Below are positions 8,590 through 16,956 of a DNA stretch of 54,679 nucleotides, in pieces. Source of the DNA: a virus (lineage: Duplodnaviria; Caudoviricetes); the IMG/VR virus record IMGVR_UViG_3300030329_003092, positions 1-54,679 of that record; one strand, given 5' to 3'. Under the pieces are notes generated by a model that ran no database searches, was not told the origin of the DNA, and saw nothing but the letters and a program-made list of their open reading frames with translations. The translations under genes were made by a program, and so were the position numbers. The number at the start of each line of letters is the position of its first letter. Position 1 is the first letter of the stretch.

Positions 8590-9090
8590 TTAAGCTGCCT
8601 GTGGCATGCTGGCAATAATATTATCTTGACGCCAGCGAATCGTACCAGGCTTAACCTTGGTCGTCTGATACTTGCCGTCAACAAAGATAGTCATCTCGTT
8701 TCGACCAACTGATACGACCAGACAATGGCGCTTATTAAGAGTCACCAGACTACCAACGGGCGGCATCTCTGAATCAACCTCGAAGGGAATGTCCAGCTTA
8801 TGGTAGACCTTCTTCTGTCCTTCGATTGCGTATGCGCCTTCCTTGGTCTTCTTGAAGACCCGCTTAACCTTCTTGGGCTTTGCCGTCAATGAGGCAAACT
8901 GTTCGGCCTCAACTTCAAAGGTGTCTTTGCCTTTCTTCTTACAGGACAATACCCGAAGAACAATCGAGCGATACTTCGGGAAGCTAACAGTTACGTGAGC
9001 GCCATTGCCTCCCATCTCAACACGGTTTTCATGCTTCTTGTATGAAATACCAAAGCACCACTTCTTAAGTAATACGTCACCTTTCTTCAT
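8590..9090 (-). CDS. hypothetical basic protein (MKKGDV start)
   Basis: 166 aa, own promoter and AG-rich leader. Confidence 0.7.
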   Translation of the reverse strand: MKKGDVLLKKWCFGISYKKHENRVEMGGNGAHVTVSFPKYRSIVLRVLSCKKKGKDTFEVEAEQFASLTAKPKKVKRVFKKTKEGAYAIEGQKKVYHKLDIPFEVDSEMPPVGSLVTLNKRHCLVVSVGRNEMTIFVDGKYQTTKVKPGTIRWRQDNIIASMPQAA

Positions 9091-9119
9091 TTCTTCTCTC
9101 TCTATTAAGTTATAATATC

Positions 9120-9148
9120 ACTATAGCAAATATATTATTTATTGTCAA
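9120..9148 (-). promoter_or_regulatory. sigma70-type early promoter (extended -10)
   Basis: TTGACA-17-TATAGT. Confidence 0.85.
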
Positions 9149-9170
9149 GAAGTTTTTTGATTTTCCTTTT

Positions 9171-10580
9171 CTACTCTTTCACAACAACAGCCTCTTGGTG
9201 AGGAAAGATTGGCTCGTTGCTCTTCGCGCCTTTAGACCTGTTTTCTTTTCTTGTCATAAGCTCTGCATTTGAAATCGTTGTCGATCCACCACTTGCGACA
9301 GACTGAACATGATCTACCTCATACTTTCCACGATACATTTCCAGTATGTCTATGTACTCATTTTTGCGAGTTTTTTCGCCCTGAAGAACAAAAAGACTTT
9401 TCTTATCTTTAAAGTCGAAGCTGTTTCTGTGATCTCTTTTTTTGCTTAAGACTCCCTGTTTAATCAATTGTTCTAAGTCGTTCGACAGTGCCTTTTCAAA
9501 AACAGCCCTTACTTTTTCGTAGTTTCTCTTGTCTGCATAAAACTTTGTCCAGTGCTCATAAGACTTCTCTTCGGCTTCCTCAGTGGTGACATTTTTAGCT
9601 TCATTTTCAAAATATGCATCTCTCTCAAGAAACCACTTGAAAAACTCCTTGTGATCTTTAATCTCTAAACTTTCCTCCAGGCAAGTAATTTGAATCAAAT
9701 CGAAGAGGTTTTGCATTTTTCCTTTTGATATTTTTTCACTTAGTGTTCCAACATCTTTTGCAATTGTGCGCGCATTTTTTAATATAAGATCAATTGTTCT
9801 TTGCTCTCTAAGAGCAAAACTATCCTTATTTTCGTACATGCCATCCAGATTTGGCTTGGTAACAGAGCCTGTATATTCTTTCCAAATCTTATATGCTAAT
9901 GTCGCTATCATTTCCTCATGAACTCTTTTATGAAGGCTCGTTTTTTTCTTAACGTTCAAATTTAAAAACAACTCTTCACATAGTTTCCCTTGTTCTCTAA
10001 TGTGTTCAGACAACTTAGTTATGCGAGCTTGCCGCCATTCTTGAGCGTTCAGACCTTGTTGTGTGTTCCATCTCCTAAACAATGTGCAACATTCGTGAAC
10101 GCTGATGTCTTCTAGAACGCGAAGTTGTATTTTTTCATTATACATTATTTCATTGCGTTGCTCCTCTTCAAGTTCACTGAGAGAAATCTTTTTGCCATCG
10201 TTGTTGAAGTCATGTTTTAGATCTTCGTGGTCGTTATAAAATGCTGATAAATAACTTGCGCTATTGTTACCGTCGATGCTCAGATATTTGTATCCCTCAT
10301 CTAAAATAGACTTAAAATATTCCACAGACTCTTGATCCTGGGTTGCAACGGCGTGGTGAAGAGCCTGCTCTGCATTCACAACTATTATCATGTTTCCTAC
10401 ACTTCCTTCAAGAAAACACGATATGTATTCTCTACCATTTGGTAAGCCCCATCCTGATCCAAAAGATATTCCTCCTAAGCGTTGGAAACTTGGATCAAGC
10501 TTTGTTTGTGCATAAATCCTTGCTATGTCCCAAAGGTTCTTTGCGAAGTCTCTCGCGCCATACTTTTCCATAACTCCCAT
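9171..10580 (-). CDS. DUF262/ParB-like plus HNH protein (GmrSD/SspE-like putative nuclease)
   Basis: N-terminal PSFQR, IDGNN, FRRWN..LN..E motifs; C-terminal EVDHV..GG...N...ENRSKG HNH. Confidence 0.7.
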   Translation of the reverse strand: MGVMEKYGARDFAKNLWDIARIYAQTKLDPSFQRLGGISFGSGWGLPNGREYISCFLEGSVGNMIIVVNAEQALHHAVATQDQESVEYFKSILDEGYKYLSIDGNNSASYLSAFYNDHEDLKHDFNNDGKKISLSELEEEQRNEIMYNEKIQLRVLEDISVHECCTLFRRWNTQQGLNAQEWRQARITKLSEHIREQGKLCEELFLNLNVKKKTSLHKRVHEEMIATLAYKIWKEYTGSVTKPNLDGMYENKDSFALREQRTIDLILKNARTIAKDVGTLSEKISKGKMQNLFDLIQITCLEESLEIKDHKEFFKWFLERDAYFENEAKNVTTEEAEEKSYEHWTKFYADKRNYEKVRAVFEKALSNDLEQLIKQGVLSKKRDHRNSFDFKDKKSLFVLQGEKTRKNEYIDILEMYRGKYEVDHVQSVASGGSTTISNAELMTRKENRSKGAKSNEPIFPHQEAVVVKE

Positions 10581-10608
10581 AATTTATCTCCTTTTGTTTA
10601 TCCTTAAT

Positions 10609-11553
10609 TTAAAATATAAGAAGCTCTTCAACAGCTTCCTTTCGCTTCTCAGCTTTGCTATTCAGCGTTCTCTTGAGAGAGAACTCTTTGATCGTCCAAT
10701 CCTTATAAAGCTCTCTAATGCGCTCTGTCCCTGAGTTTGACAGATAGACATGTACGCCTTTATCTTTGAGCCTCTGAGCTAAGTCGCGCAGCCTTACTTG
10801 GTCCTCGAAGTTGAACCCATCCTCGGTGTACGTTGTGAAACTGGAAGTCTCACTTATTGGGTCATAAGGAGGATCGAAGTAAACTAAGTCACCGGGTTGT
10901 GCCAACGCCTCCACGTCTGAGAAGTCTCGACTAGAAACCGTAGCTGATCGCAACACTTCAGAACATAACTCTAGGTTCCCGTTCTCACCAAAATTCTTTT
11001 TCAGCGTTCTTCCCACTGGGATATTCATAAGTCCGTCTCGATTCACGCGGAACATAGCATTGAAGCAAGTTATGTTGAGATACAGAAAGCGTGCCGCTAC
11101 CTCTGCTGGCTCTAGGTCTTCTGTGATTGTGAAGATCTTCTTATACTTTCTTTCCGTTACCTTTTCTCTATCGATATTCCTAACCATATAATAAAACTCT
11201 TTTGAATGTTTCTTGTTCATCTCATTCAACAGAGTCTGTACTTCTTCCCAGTTTTCTTTAATCTGGTTGTACGTGATTACAAGCTCTTGGTTCTTATCAA
11301 ATAAGTTATATTCTTTTGTGTCTCCGTGTTTATTAACCAAGTGAAAGAACAGAGAGCCACCTCCAACGAAGGGCTCCCAGTAGTTATTAAATCGTTCTGG
11401 GAGGAAGGGAGCGTACTGATCTAACAGTCGACGCTTCCCTCCAACCCATTGAACGAACGGGGCGGCTTCCCCAACTAGCTTTCTTTCTTTCTTCAACTCT
11501 CGACTAAAGCCGTAGTCTTCTATTACCTTTCTTAAACTATACTGCGTATCCAT
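10609..11553 (-). CDS. dam: Dam/DpnM-family N6-adenine DNA methyltransferase
   Basis: WVGGK, EPFVGGGS, FLYLN..FN..FRVN, YFDPPY, LSNS; start reassigned to MDTQY behind AGGAG. Confidence 0.9.
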   Translation of the reverse strand: MDTQYSLRKVIEDYGFSRELKKERKLVGEAAPFVQWVGGKRRLLDQYAPFLPERFNNYWEPFVGGGSLFFHLVNKHGDTKEYNLFDKNQELVITYNQIKENWEEVQTLLNEMNKKHSKEFYYMVRNIDREKVTERKYKKIFTITEDLEPAEVAARFLYLNITCFNAMFRVNRDGLMNIPVGRTLKKNFGENGNLELCSEVLRSATVSSRDFSDVEALAQPGDLVYFDPPYDPISETSSFTTYTEDGFNFEDQVRLRDLAQRLKDKGVHVYLSNSGTERIRELYKDWTIKEFSLKRTLNSKAEKRKEAVEELLIF

Positions 11554-12868
11554 CTGCACTCCTGTCAAAAACCATATCCCCATCTTCGGTAAGTTGAAAA
11601 TATGTGTTATCCATTTTAGCACATCCGCCGTTAAGAATTAAGTGAAATTTAATATCATATTCTGGATAGTGCTCTTGAAGCAGCGCCTTGAACCCTTTGA
11701 AGGTCTGGAACTGTACGACTCCTTTCTTGGCGTTCTTATACATTTCGCCCTCGAATACTAGGATCTCCTTAGTCTCCTCGTTCTTCACAACTAGATCGGG
11801 GATACCGCCAATATTCTTGGCGACGGAAGTGCGCTCCCCACTAGGAAGCACAAACCAGCCGCGCTCTGTACCAGCGTGGTTATCATAGATCACCGAACAC
11901 TCAGGGCATCGACGCATAACAATATCAAGAAGAATGGTAGCATGCTTCTCACCGTTTGTTTTACGAGTCCAATAGCTCTTGTCTTCCCCAGTGTAAACTA
12001 AAGAAATAAAGTCGCGGCCTGAAGTCTCAAACTCAACTCCTAGTGTGCTAGAAATCTTAGCCAGCTTGCTCTTCCTGCCTCGCATAAACCATTCATCAGA
12101 TAGTTTATGGTTCAGAACCTTGATGTCGCCAGTGTGCCCTAAGATTCGTAGTGCCATAGAAGCACCGCCAATAAAGCCCACTCCTGGGTCGGACAGTCCG
12201 TTGTCACCTTTTAGAAGTTTGGTGGAAATGTAAACGTTGTTACCGATCTTCGTAAGGCCAGTAGGCACTGTGCCCTTTCGCTCCTTAATCGGGAACGCTT
12301 CCAACATCTCTTCAACACTGCCAAAAGGATTGAAAGATGGTGTGCGGTCCTCGCCGCTGAAGTCCACCAGTTTAACTTTCACACCCAACGTATTGAACAG
12401 TCGCGCAGACCTTTCATAAGCTGGGGAGACTCCGCTCTTTCGCTTGTAGTTTGGAACAACGTTCAAGTAAAGTGTTGACACAGAAGGGTAGTACCACTCT
12501 GCATTGACAAACTTAATAAGGCGTTGCTTGTGCATGTTGCCTGCGTCGGAAGGTCGTGACTTGTTGTCTTCAACAAGAAGATCCGGTTCGTCCTCTGGTG
12601 TTGGCCTAGACTCTTGGTTGAAAACAATGTAGTCAACAAAGCTGCCACTGCCAGACACAATCTCATAAAAGATATTATCGACACCGGGGATCTTAATCCC
12701 GCCAACCTTATAGAGCCCAGTGAAGCTGGAGCCCTCTGTAAGTTCGCGGAAAGTAATTCCACTGCTCAATGTGCTAGTGTTCTTAAGCTCTGCGAAGTGT
12801 TCAATGATATGTTTAATCGGTTCAGAGCGCAAGCCCTCTTCGCCTAGGATCCAAAGATTGTTCTGCAT
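11537..12868 (-). CDS. putative restriction endonuclease (PD-(D/E)xK-like)
   Basis: Lies between two MTases; VD..VEDNK and IPDL..EGE-like motifs. Confidence 0.55.
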   Translation of the reverse strand: MQNNLWILGEEGLRSEPIKHIIEHFAELKNTSTLSSGITFRELTEGSSFTGLYKVGGIKIPGVDNIFYEIVSGSGSFVDYIVFNQESRPTPEDEPDLLVEDNKSRPSDAGNMHKQRLIKFVNAEWYYPSVSTLYLNVVPNYKRKSGVSPAYERSARLFNTLGVKVKLVDFSGEDRTPSFNPFGSVEEMLEAFPIKERKGTVPTGLTKIGNNVYISTKLLKGDNGLSDPGVGFIGGASMALRILGHTGDIKVLNHKLSDEWFMRGRKSKLAKISSTLGVEFETSGRDFISLVYTGEDKSYWTRKTNGEKHATILLDIVMRRCPECSVIYDNHAGTERGWFVLPSGERTSVAKNIGGIPDLVVKNEETKEILVFEGEMYKNAKKGVVQFQTFKGFKALLQEHYPEYDIKFHLILNGGCAKMDNTYFQLTEDGDMVFDRSADGYAV

Positions 12869-12869
12869 A

Positions 12870-13898
12870 CTAATGCCTCTTTAAAATGTGGATGTACTCG
12901 ACCGTCTTCTTACGACGATGCTTATTGTTTTTATCACTACCTGAATTATACCTCAAGTGTTCTGTATTTGTCAAGTAATATTTTCCGTATTTTTCAAACA
13001 CACGTTTTATATCGTTAAGTGAAAGTAATCCTTCATCATTATAAGATAAGAATATCCAGTCGAATCCGTCGGCCTTGGAAATTAAATCCTCAAATGCTTC
13101 CTTAACTTTCGTACGAGTACTGAATGGAGATTTATTATACTCTGTTGGCAACCCTGTTTTGCTTGGGGCACCCTCTCTATTCAGCCTGATATCTATCTCG
13201 TTCTTGGCAATGTAGTTCAAGATATGATAGTTAGAAGAGTATTGTCTAGCATTGTATGGCGGATCTAAATAAAGGATATCACCAGACAACTTCGGCAATA
13301 GAATGTTTGAGTCTTCTTGGTAGACCTCACCAGGGCGAGCGCCTAGATAAAACATCGCTGGGTTCAACTCCAGTGTCTGTTTGGACCTTTCATTGAACTC
13401 CTTAAGGAACGCTCCATAAACTCCAGTCGTGTTCGCATACTTATCAACAGACTCAAGCAACGAGGCCAACAAGAAAAAATACTCCGACCTAGTGATTAGA
13501 CCCTCTGCTCTCCAATCTCCTAGAGCGGTTCGCATAGCGTCAATCTTCATCGCGTTCTCTACAGTGAAGAACCTTCTCTCGCAGCCATTGTGCGGGGAGA
13601 GATTGTTGGTGAATATTCCCACTTTTCCGGGCAGACTGTTAAGCTGATCGATCAACTCTTGGTGTCTCCACTGAAGGGGCTGGTTGTTCTCAACATAGTT
13701 CTTCGCCAGGACATAGCTGTAGTCCTCTAAGTCATTAGCGATAACCTTCTTGCACTTCTGTTTAAAATGGCGAGCCACGCTGGTTGTACCAGAAAACAAA
13801 TCGCACAAGGTCTTGTCCTCCAGTGTGCCAACGTGGTCACGCATGACTGTCTCTATGAAGCCCAAAAGCTTCTGCTTATTACCGATATATCTCATCAA
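12870..13898 (-). CDS. N6-adenine DNA methyltransferase, M.NlaIII/M.HpyI-like (CATG-type)
   Basis: YIGNK, DLFSGT, NDLE.YS, NA.KIDAMR, FLLASLLES, VYGAFLK, GDILYLDPPYNARQY, IFLSYN.EG match this family as I recall it. Confidence 0.85.
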   Translation of the reverse strand: MMRYIGNKQKLLGFIETVMRDHVGTLEDKTLCDLFSGTTSVARHFKQKCKKVIANDLEDYSYVLAKNYVENNQPLQWRHQELIDQLNSLPGKVGIFTNNLSPHNGCERRFFTVENAMKIDAMRTALGDWRAEGLITRSEYFFLLASLLESVDKYANTTGVYGAFLKEFNERSKQTLELNPAMFYLGARPGEVYQEDSNILLPKLSGDILYLDPPYNARQYSSNYHILNYIAKNEIDIRLNREGAPSKTGLPTEYNKSPFSTRTKVKEAFEDLISKADGFDWIFLSYNDEGLLSLNDIKRVFEKYGKYYLTNTEHLRYNSGSDKNNKHRRKKTVEYIHILKRH

Positions 13899-13919
13899 TA
13901 CTCCAATGTTACTATGGCT

Positions 13920-13948
13920 ATTATATAAGACTTTATATTATTTGTCAA
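13920..13948 (-). promoter_or_regulatory. sigma70 consensus promoter driving the R-M island
   Basis: Perfect TTGACA-17-TATAAT. Confidence 0.85.
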
Positions 13949-13956
13949 GAACTTTT

Positions 13957-14202
13957 TTAGTCTTCTTTCTTTATAAAGTCAACACTGATTATGTTATCTC
14001 GTTCTTCGACAATCTGTAGCGCAAGTCTCTTTGACTTCTTTCTTGCGTCCCTGGCTACACGGGAGATATCATTAAATATGTCCTTGTCTGTCTCTGTCAT
14101 TCCTGTCGTCTCGATGAACTCCATAAGAACTTCTAAATCCTCCGCTAGCACTTGGTAGCAAAGGCTCAATGTTTCTCTTTTATCTTTTGGGAATCTAGGC
14201 AT
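13957..14202 (-). CDS. small helical protein, tail DNIISVDF
   Basis: 81-aa ORF. Confidence 0.65.
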   Translation of the reverse strand: MPRFPKDKRETLSLCYQVLAEDLEVLMEFIETTGMTETDKDIFNDISRVARDARKKSKRLALQIVEERDNIISVDFIKKED

Positions 14203-14337
14203 TTAAAACTCTTTTATTTCTTCTTCTCTTCTATGTAAAGAGCCACAAAGATCACAGAAGCGGTAATTGCTATCCACAACATTCCTACAAGTAACATATC
14301 CATCGGTGACATTGGCTCTCCTACCTACTTCTACATA

Positions 14338-14514
14338 TCATGTTCGTAAAGAAATCAACCCTTCCTCTAACAAATTTTCTGTAACGCGGCCATAACTTCC
14401 TTGGAGTTTCCACACCAAGCCCGTGTCTAATAAATGCTGAAACAAAACAACAACTTCCTCAACTGAAAGTTCGCCTGTTTCATAGTCATGTATTTTCTGT
14501 GCGAGATCTTGCAT
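14338..14514 (-). CDS. small hypothetical phage protein (58 aa)
   Basis: Hand-translated MQDLAQKIHDYETGEL...LFQHLLDTGLVWKLQGSYGR; GAGGAG RBS. Confidence 0.65.
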   Translation of the reverse strand: MQDLAQKIHDYETGELSVEEVVVLFQHLLDTGLVWKLQGSYGRVTENLLEEGLISLRT

Positions 14515-14610
14515 CGCTTCTCCTCTTTCTGTTTTCTGCGTTTCCCTTTATGTTGGCGTATACCAAGATAGCAGTAAGTGTTCCCCATACTACCCAAAAT
14601 GTTGTACTCA

Positions 14611-14889
14611 TTATATAAACTCCACTTTCTTTAAAAACTTTCTATGTTTGCCCTCGTTATCAATCGCGAACATTCCCCACGTCCCACCGCTTGTTTGGTG
14701 TAAAAAGAACCTCTCTGTCTTTGTTATCGGAAATGGTTTCGCCTGCTCTACAATAAGAAGCCTCTTCTTTCTCTTGAACCTATCCCACTTTAATATCTGC
14801 TCCTTCGTGTAGTCACCAAAGATTCGATATTCCACTCCTTCAATCTTAACTCTCTCATAGTTGTCTTCAAAAATTAGAGTCTTTGTCAT
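14611..14889 (-). CDS. hypothetical protein
   Basis: 92-aa ORF, coupled. Confidence 0.6.
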   Translation of the reverse strand: MTKTLIFEDNYERVKIEGVEYRIFGDYTKEQILKWDRFKRKKRLLIVEQAKPFPITKTERFFLHQTSGGTWGMFAIDNEGKHRKFLKKVEFI

Positions 14890-15232
14890 TGATCCAATCT
14901 CCTGTGTTCTCGTCTATCATTTCTGTTATTACTTCCCAAGGCCAGATATGCCTAATGTTTTCTCCACCAACATAATAAACCTGACCTGATATTAAAAACC
15001 CGTGTGACTTATACCATGTCTTCTTAGTTGTGGCGGGGATTGGTGCCGACCTCTTTGCAACCCCAAAGTATAAAGCTGGTCTGCCCTTTATATCTGATCC
15101 ATGATCAGGCCACACTATTGGCCTTGCAACTTTCTGTATAGTTATTTCATTCGAGTGCCACTCAACAACACAGATCTGCGGATGGGGATCGATCCCATAT
15201 AGCTGACCCGGTATAAGTTCTGCTACTTTCAC
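14867..15232 (-). CDS. hypothetical protein
   Basis: Probable GTG start VKVAELIPGQLY just after the upstream stop. Confidence 0.6.
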   Translation of the reverse strand: MKVAELIPGQLYGIDPHPQICVVEWHSNEITIQKVARPIVWPDHGSDIKGRPALYFGVAKRSAPIPATTKKTWYKSHGFLISGQVYYVGGENIRHIWPWEVITEMIDENTGDWINDKDSNF

Positions 15233-15233
15233 T

Positions 15234-15464
15234 CTAGTCTTTTTCCTTGAGCCACTTCGCAGTATTCTTTTTCTTTGTAATCTTTTGCCATGCCTTAACA
15301 ATAGCATATCTTTCGTCGTCTGTTAAGATATACCGAGGATCACTGGTTGTCCAGTGCTTCTCAAGCAGATTTTCTAATCCCCTCTCCTCAACATAGTGGT
15401 GAGCCCATGAGATTTCTTCCTCAATAAACTGGCGTAGTTCAAGGTCAGTAACCTCTTTCGACAT
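15234..15464 (-). CDS. hypothetical protein
   Basis: MSKEV start with GGAGG RBS. Confidence 0.65.
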   Translation of the reverse strand: MSKEVTDLELRQFIEEEISWAHHYVEERGLENLLEKHWTTSDPRYILTDDERYAIVKAWQKITKKKNTAKWLKEKD

Positions 15465-15610
15465 CAGTCCCTCCACTTATAATCCCGGCAGGCTCGGCGG
15501 GAGTTCTCTTTACGTTTATCCCCGTGGTTGCCTCGGCCTGAACGCTGGAAAGCGTGAACTGCTAACCAGTTTCGGCGTGCTGCTTTTACTCGATTTCGTT
15601 TCTTTTTCAC
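15464..15610 (-). CDS. very basic small protein (48 aa)
   Basis: GTG start behind GAGG; K/R-rich, RNWLAV..RSGRGNHGDKRK. Confidence 0.55.
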   Translation of the reverse strand: MKKKRNRVKAARRNWLAVHAFQRSGRGNHGDKRKENSRRACRDYKWRD

Positions 15611-15751
15611 GGGAACCTCTATAGTATGTAGTAAGTTAAATGTTAAGCCACACTGCGATTGCAAAATAAAATGTACCTACAAAGAGAGCCAGCTTAACTA
15701 GGTCTGTTCTTGTCTCGATCATTTCTATACCTCCTTAAATATATGCCAAAC

Positions 15752-15780
15752 ATTATAGCAAATATTTAAGGATTTGTAAA
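15752..15780 (-). promoter_or_regulatory. sigma70-type promoter
   Basis: TTTACA-17-TATAAT with TG extension. Confidence 0.75.
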
Positions 15781-15785
15781 GAACT

Positions 15786-15983
15786 TTATTCAAAAGTTTG
15801 TTTATAAGCTGCGTGCTTTGGCAGCGACTTGCTGTTGTCAACTGCATTGATTCGATGAGACAAGGACACTAAATATGCGTTTAGGTTTTCTTTATCTACT
15901 TCGCCGCTTTCGACCACAAGACGGAGCTTTGTTTCCACTTCTCTAAGTAGCGCAACAGCTTCTAGGTATGGTGAAGTGCTCAT
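15786..15983 (-). CDS. hypothetical protein
   Basis: 65-aa coupled ORF. Confidence 0.6.
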   Translation of the reverse strand: MSTSPYLEAVALLREVETKLRLVVESGEVDKENLNAYLVSLSHRINAVDNSKSLPKHAAYKQTFE

Positions 15984-16252
15984 GGATCTCTCCTTTTGAT
16001 TGAATTAAAATCTACATTGATTACATTGTCAGCGTGGTTGCCTTGCACGTCTTTAAGCTTCGACAACTGCTCGACTCTTTGTCGCAGAACTTCTGTAACA
16101 ACAACCAGTGTATTGTAACAGCCCTCCTCCAACTCTTTAAGCTCAGTCACATCCATGAATCCGACAAGTAGTTCTAAGTCTTGGAACACACACTCCAAGG
16201 CAAAGCGCCTACCTTCATCATAGCTTTTTAACTTATCTTTAAAATCGTCCAT
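15980..16252 (-). CDS. small helical protein with DNVINVDF motif near the C-terminus
   Basis: 90-aa ORF. Confidence 0.65.
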   Translation of the reverse strand: MDDFKDKLKSYDEGRRFALECVFQDLELLVGFMDVTELKELEEGCYNTLVVVTEVLRQRVEQLSKLKDVQGNHADNVINVDFNSIKRRDP

Positions 16253-16414
16253 TATTATTCACCTTAGTTAATCAAGTAAATCAATAGTAATGGACCAAAG
16301 TTCATAGCCAATAGCGCGGAGACCATCTTTAGCATCTCGCGATTGTCTTTCTGGCGATCAGGGTGTGTGGAAGTCATGTCTCCCATTTTCTTCTCCTTTG
16401 TAGAATCTCTTGTC

Positions 16415-16443
16415 ATAATAGCAAATATTAATATCTTTGTCAA
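16415..16443 (-). promoter_or_regulatory. sigma70-type promoter
   Basis: TTGACA-17-TATTAT with TG extension. Confidence 0.7.
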
Positions 16444-16522
16444 GTATTATTTATCTCTGAGCATTATCAAGACACAGAAAATGCCAAGCAGGATAACGGT
16501 TGCTGCCATTGTTTCAATCAAC

Positions 16523-16717
16523 TTAAACTCCTAGATATGGATTGAAGTTATCTTTCAAAGCCTTCATAATCTGCTCTGCGATTGCCTTTCTGGAAGTTGT
16601 AGAATCTAGCTGTGTTCCGCTCTCTGCAAACTTCTCAAGAATGTAAACAACCTTTTCTTTCTCAGAAAGCTCGCTCAACTCAACGTACTTGATGGACCTT
16701 GGCCTAATCTCTGTCAT
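16523..16717 (-). CDS. hypothetical protein
   Basis: MTEIRP start behind GAGGGG. Confidence 0.6.
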   Translation of the reverse strand: MTEIRPRSIKYVELSELSEKEKVVYILEKFAESGTQLDSTTSRKAIAEQIMKALKDNFNPYLGV

Positions 16718-16916
16718 TGTGACCCCCTCTGTTTTCACCACGATGGTTCTGTCGGTGTCGGTTTTGTCGACGCCTCTCTGCGAACTCTTCCATGTTCTGG
16801 GTTAGACCCTCAAGTGTGGACTCAAGTCGGCCCAAGCTGTGGCCCAGCTTAAACATTGCAAAACTGAGTGCCCAAAGCAAAACAACAGTTATGGCTAATA
16901 TAATATAGTAATTCAT
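16704..16916 (-). CDS. small membrane-anchored protein
   Basis: N-terminal hydrophobic helix, then coiled-coil-like segment and basic tail. Confidence 0.6.
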   Translation of the reverse strand: MNYYIILAITVVLLWALSFAMFKLGHSLGRLESTLEGLTQNMEEFAERRRQNRHRQNHRGENRGGHNDRD

Positions 16917-16956
16917 GTAATCACCTTATCATTTTTTTATTAGTTTGTAAAGTTTT

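Noticed and set aside
8590-8601. C-terminal Ala-Ala as an ssrA-like ClpX degron
   Set aside because: A two-residue match in a single protein is expected by chance.
1730-9090. Diversity-generating retroelement or integron behind the paralog arrays
   Set aside because: No reverse transcriptase, template/variable repeat pair, integrase or attC-like palindromes seen in the window.
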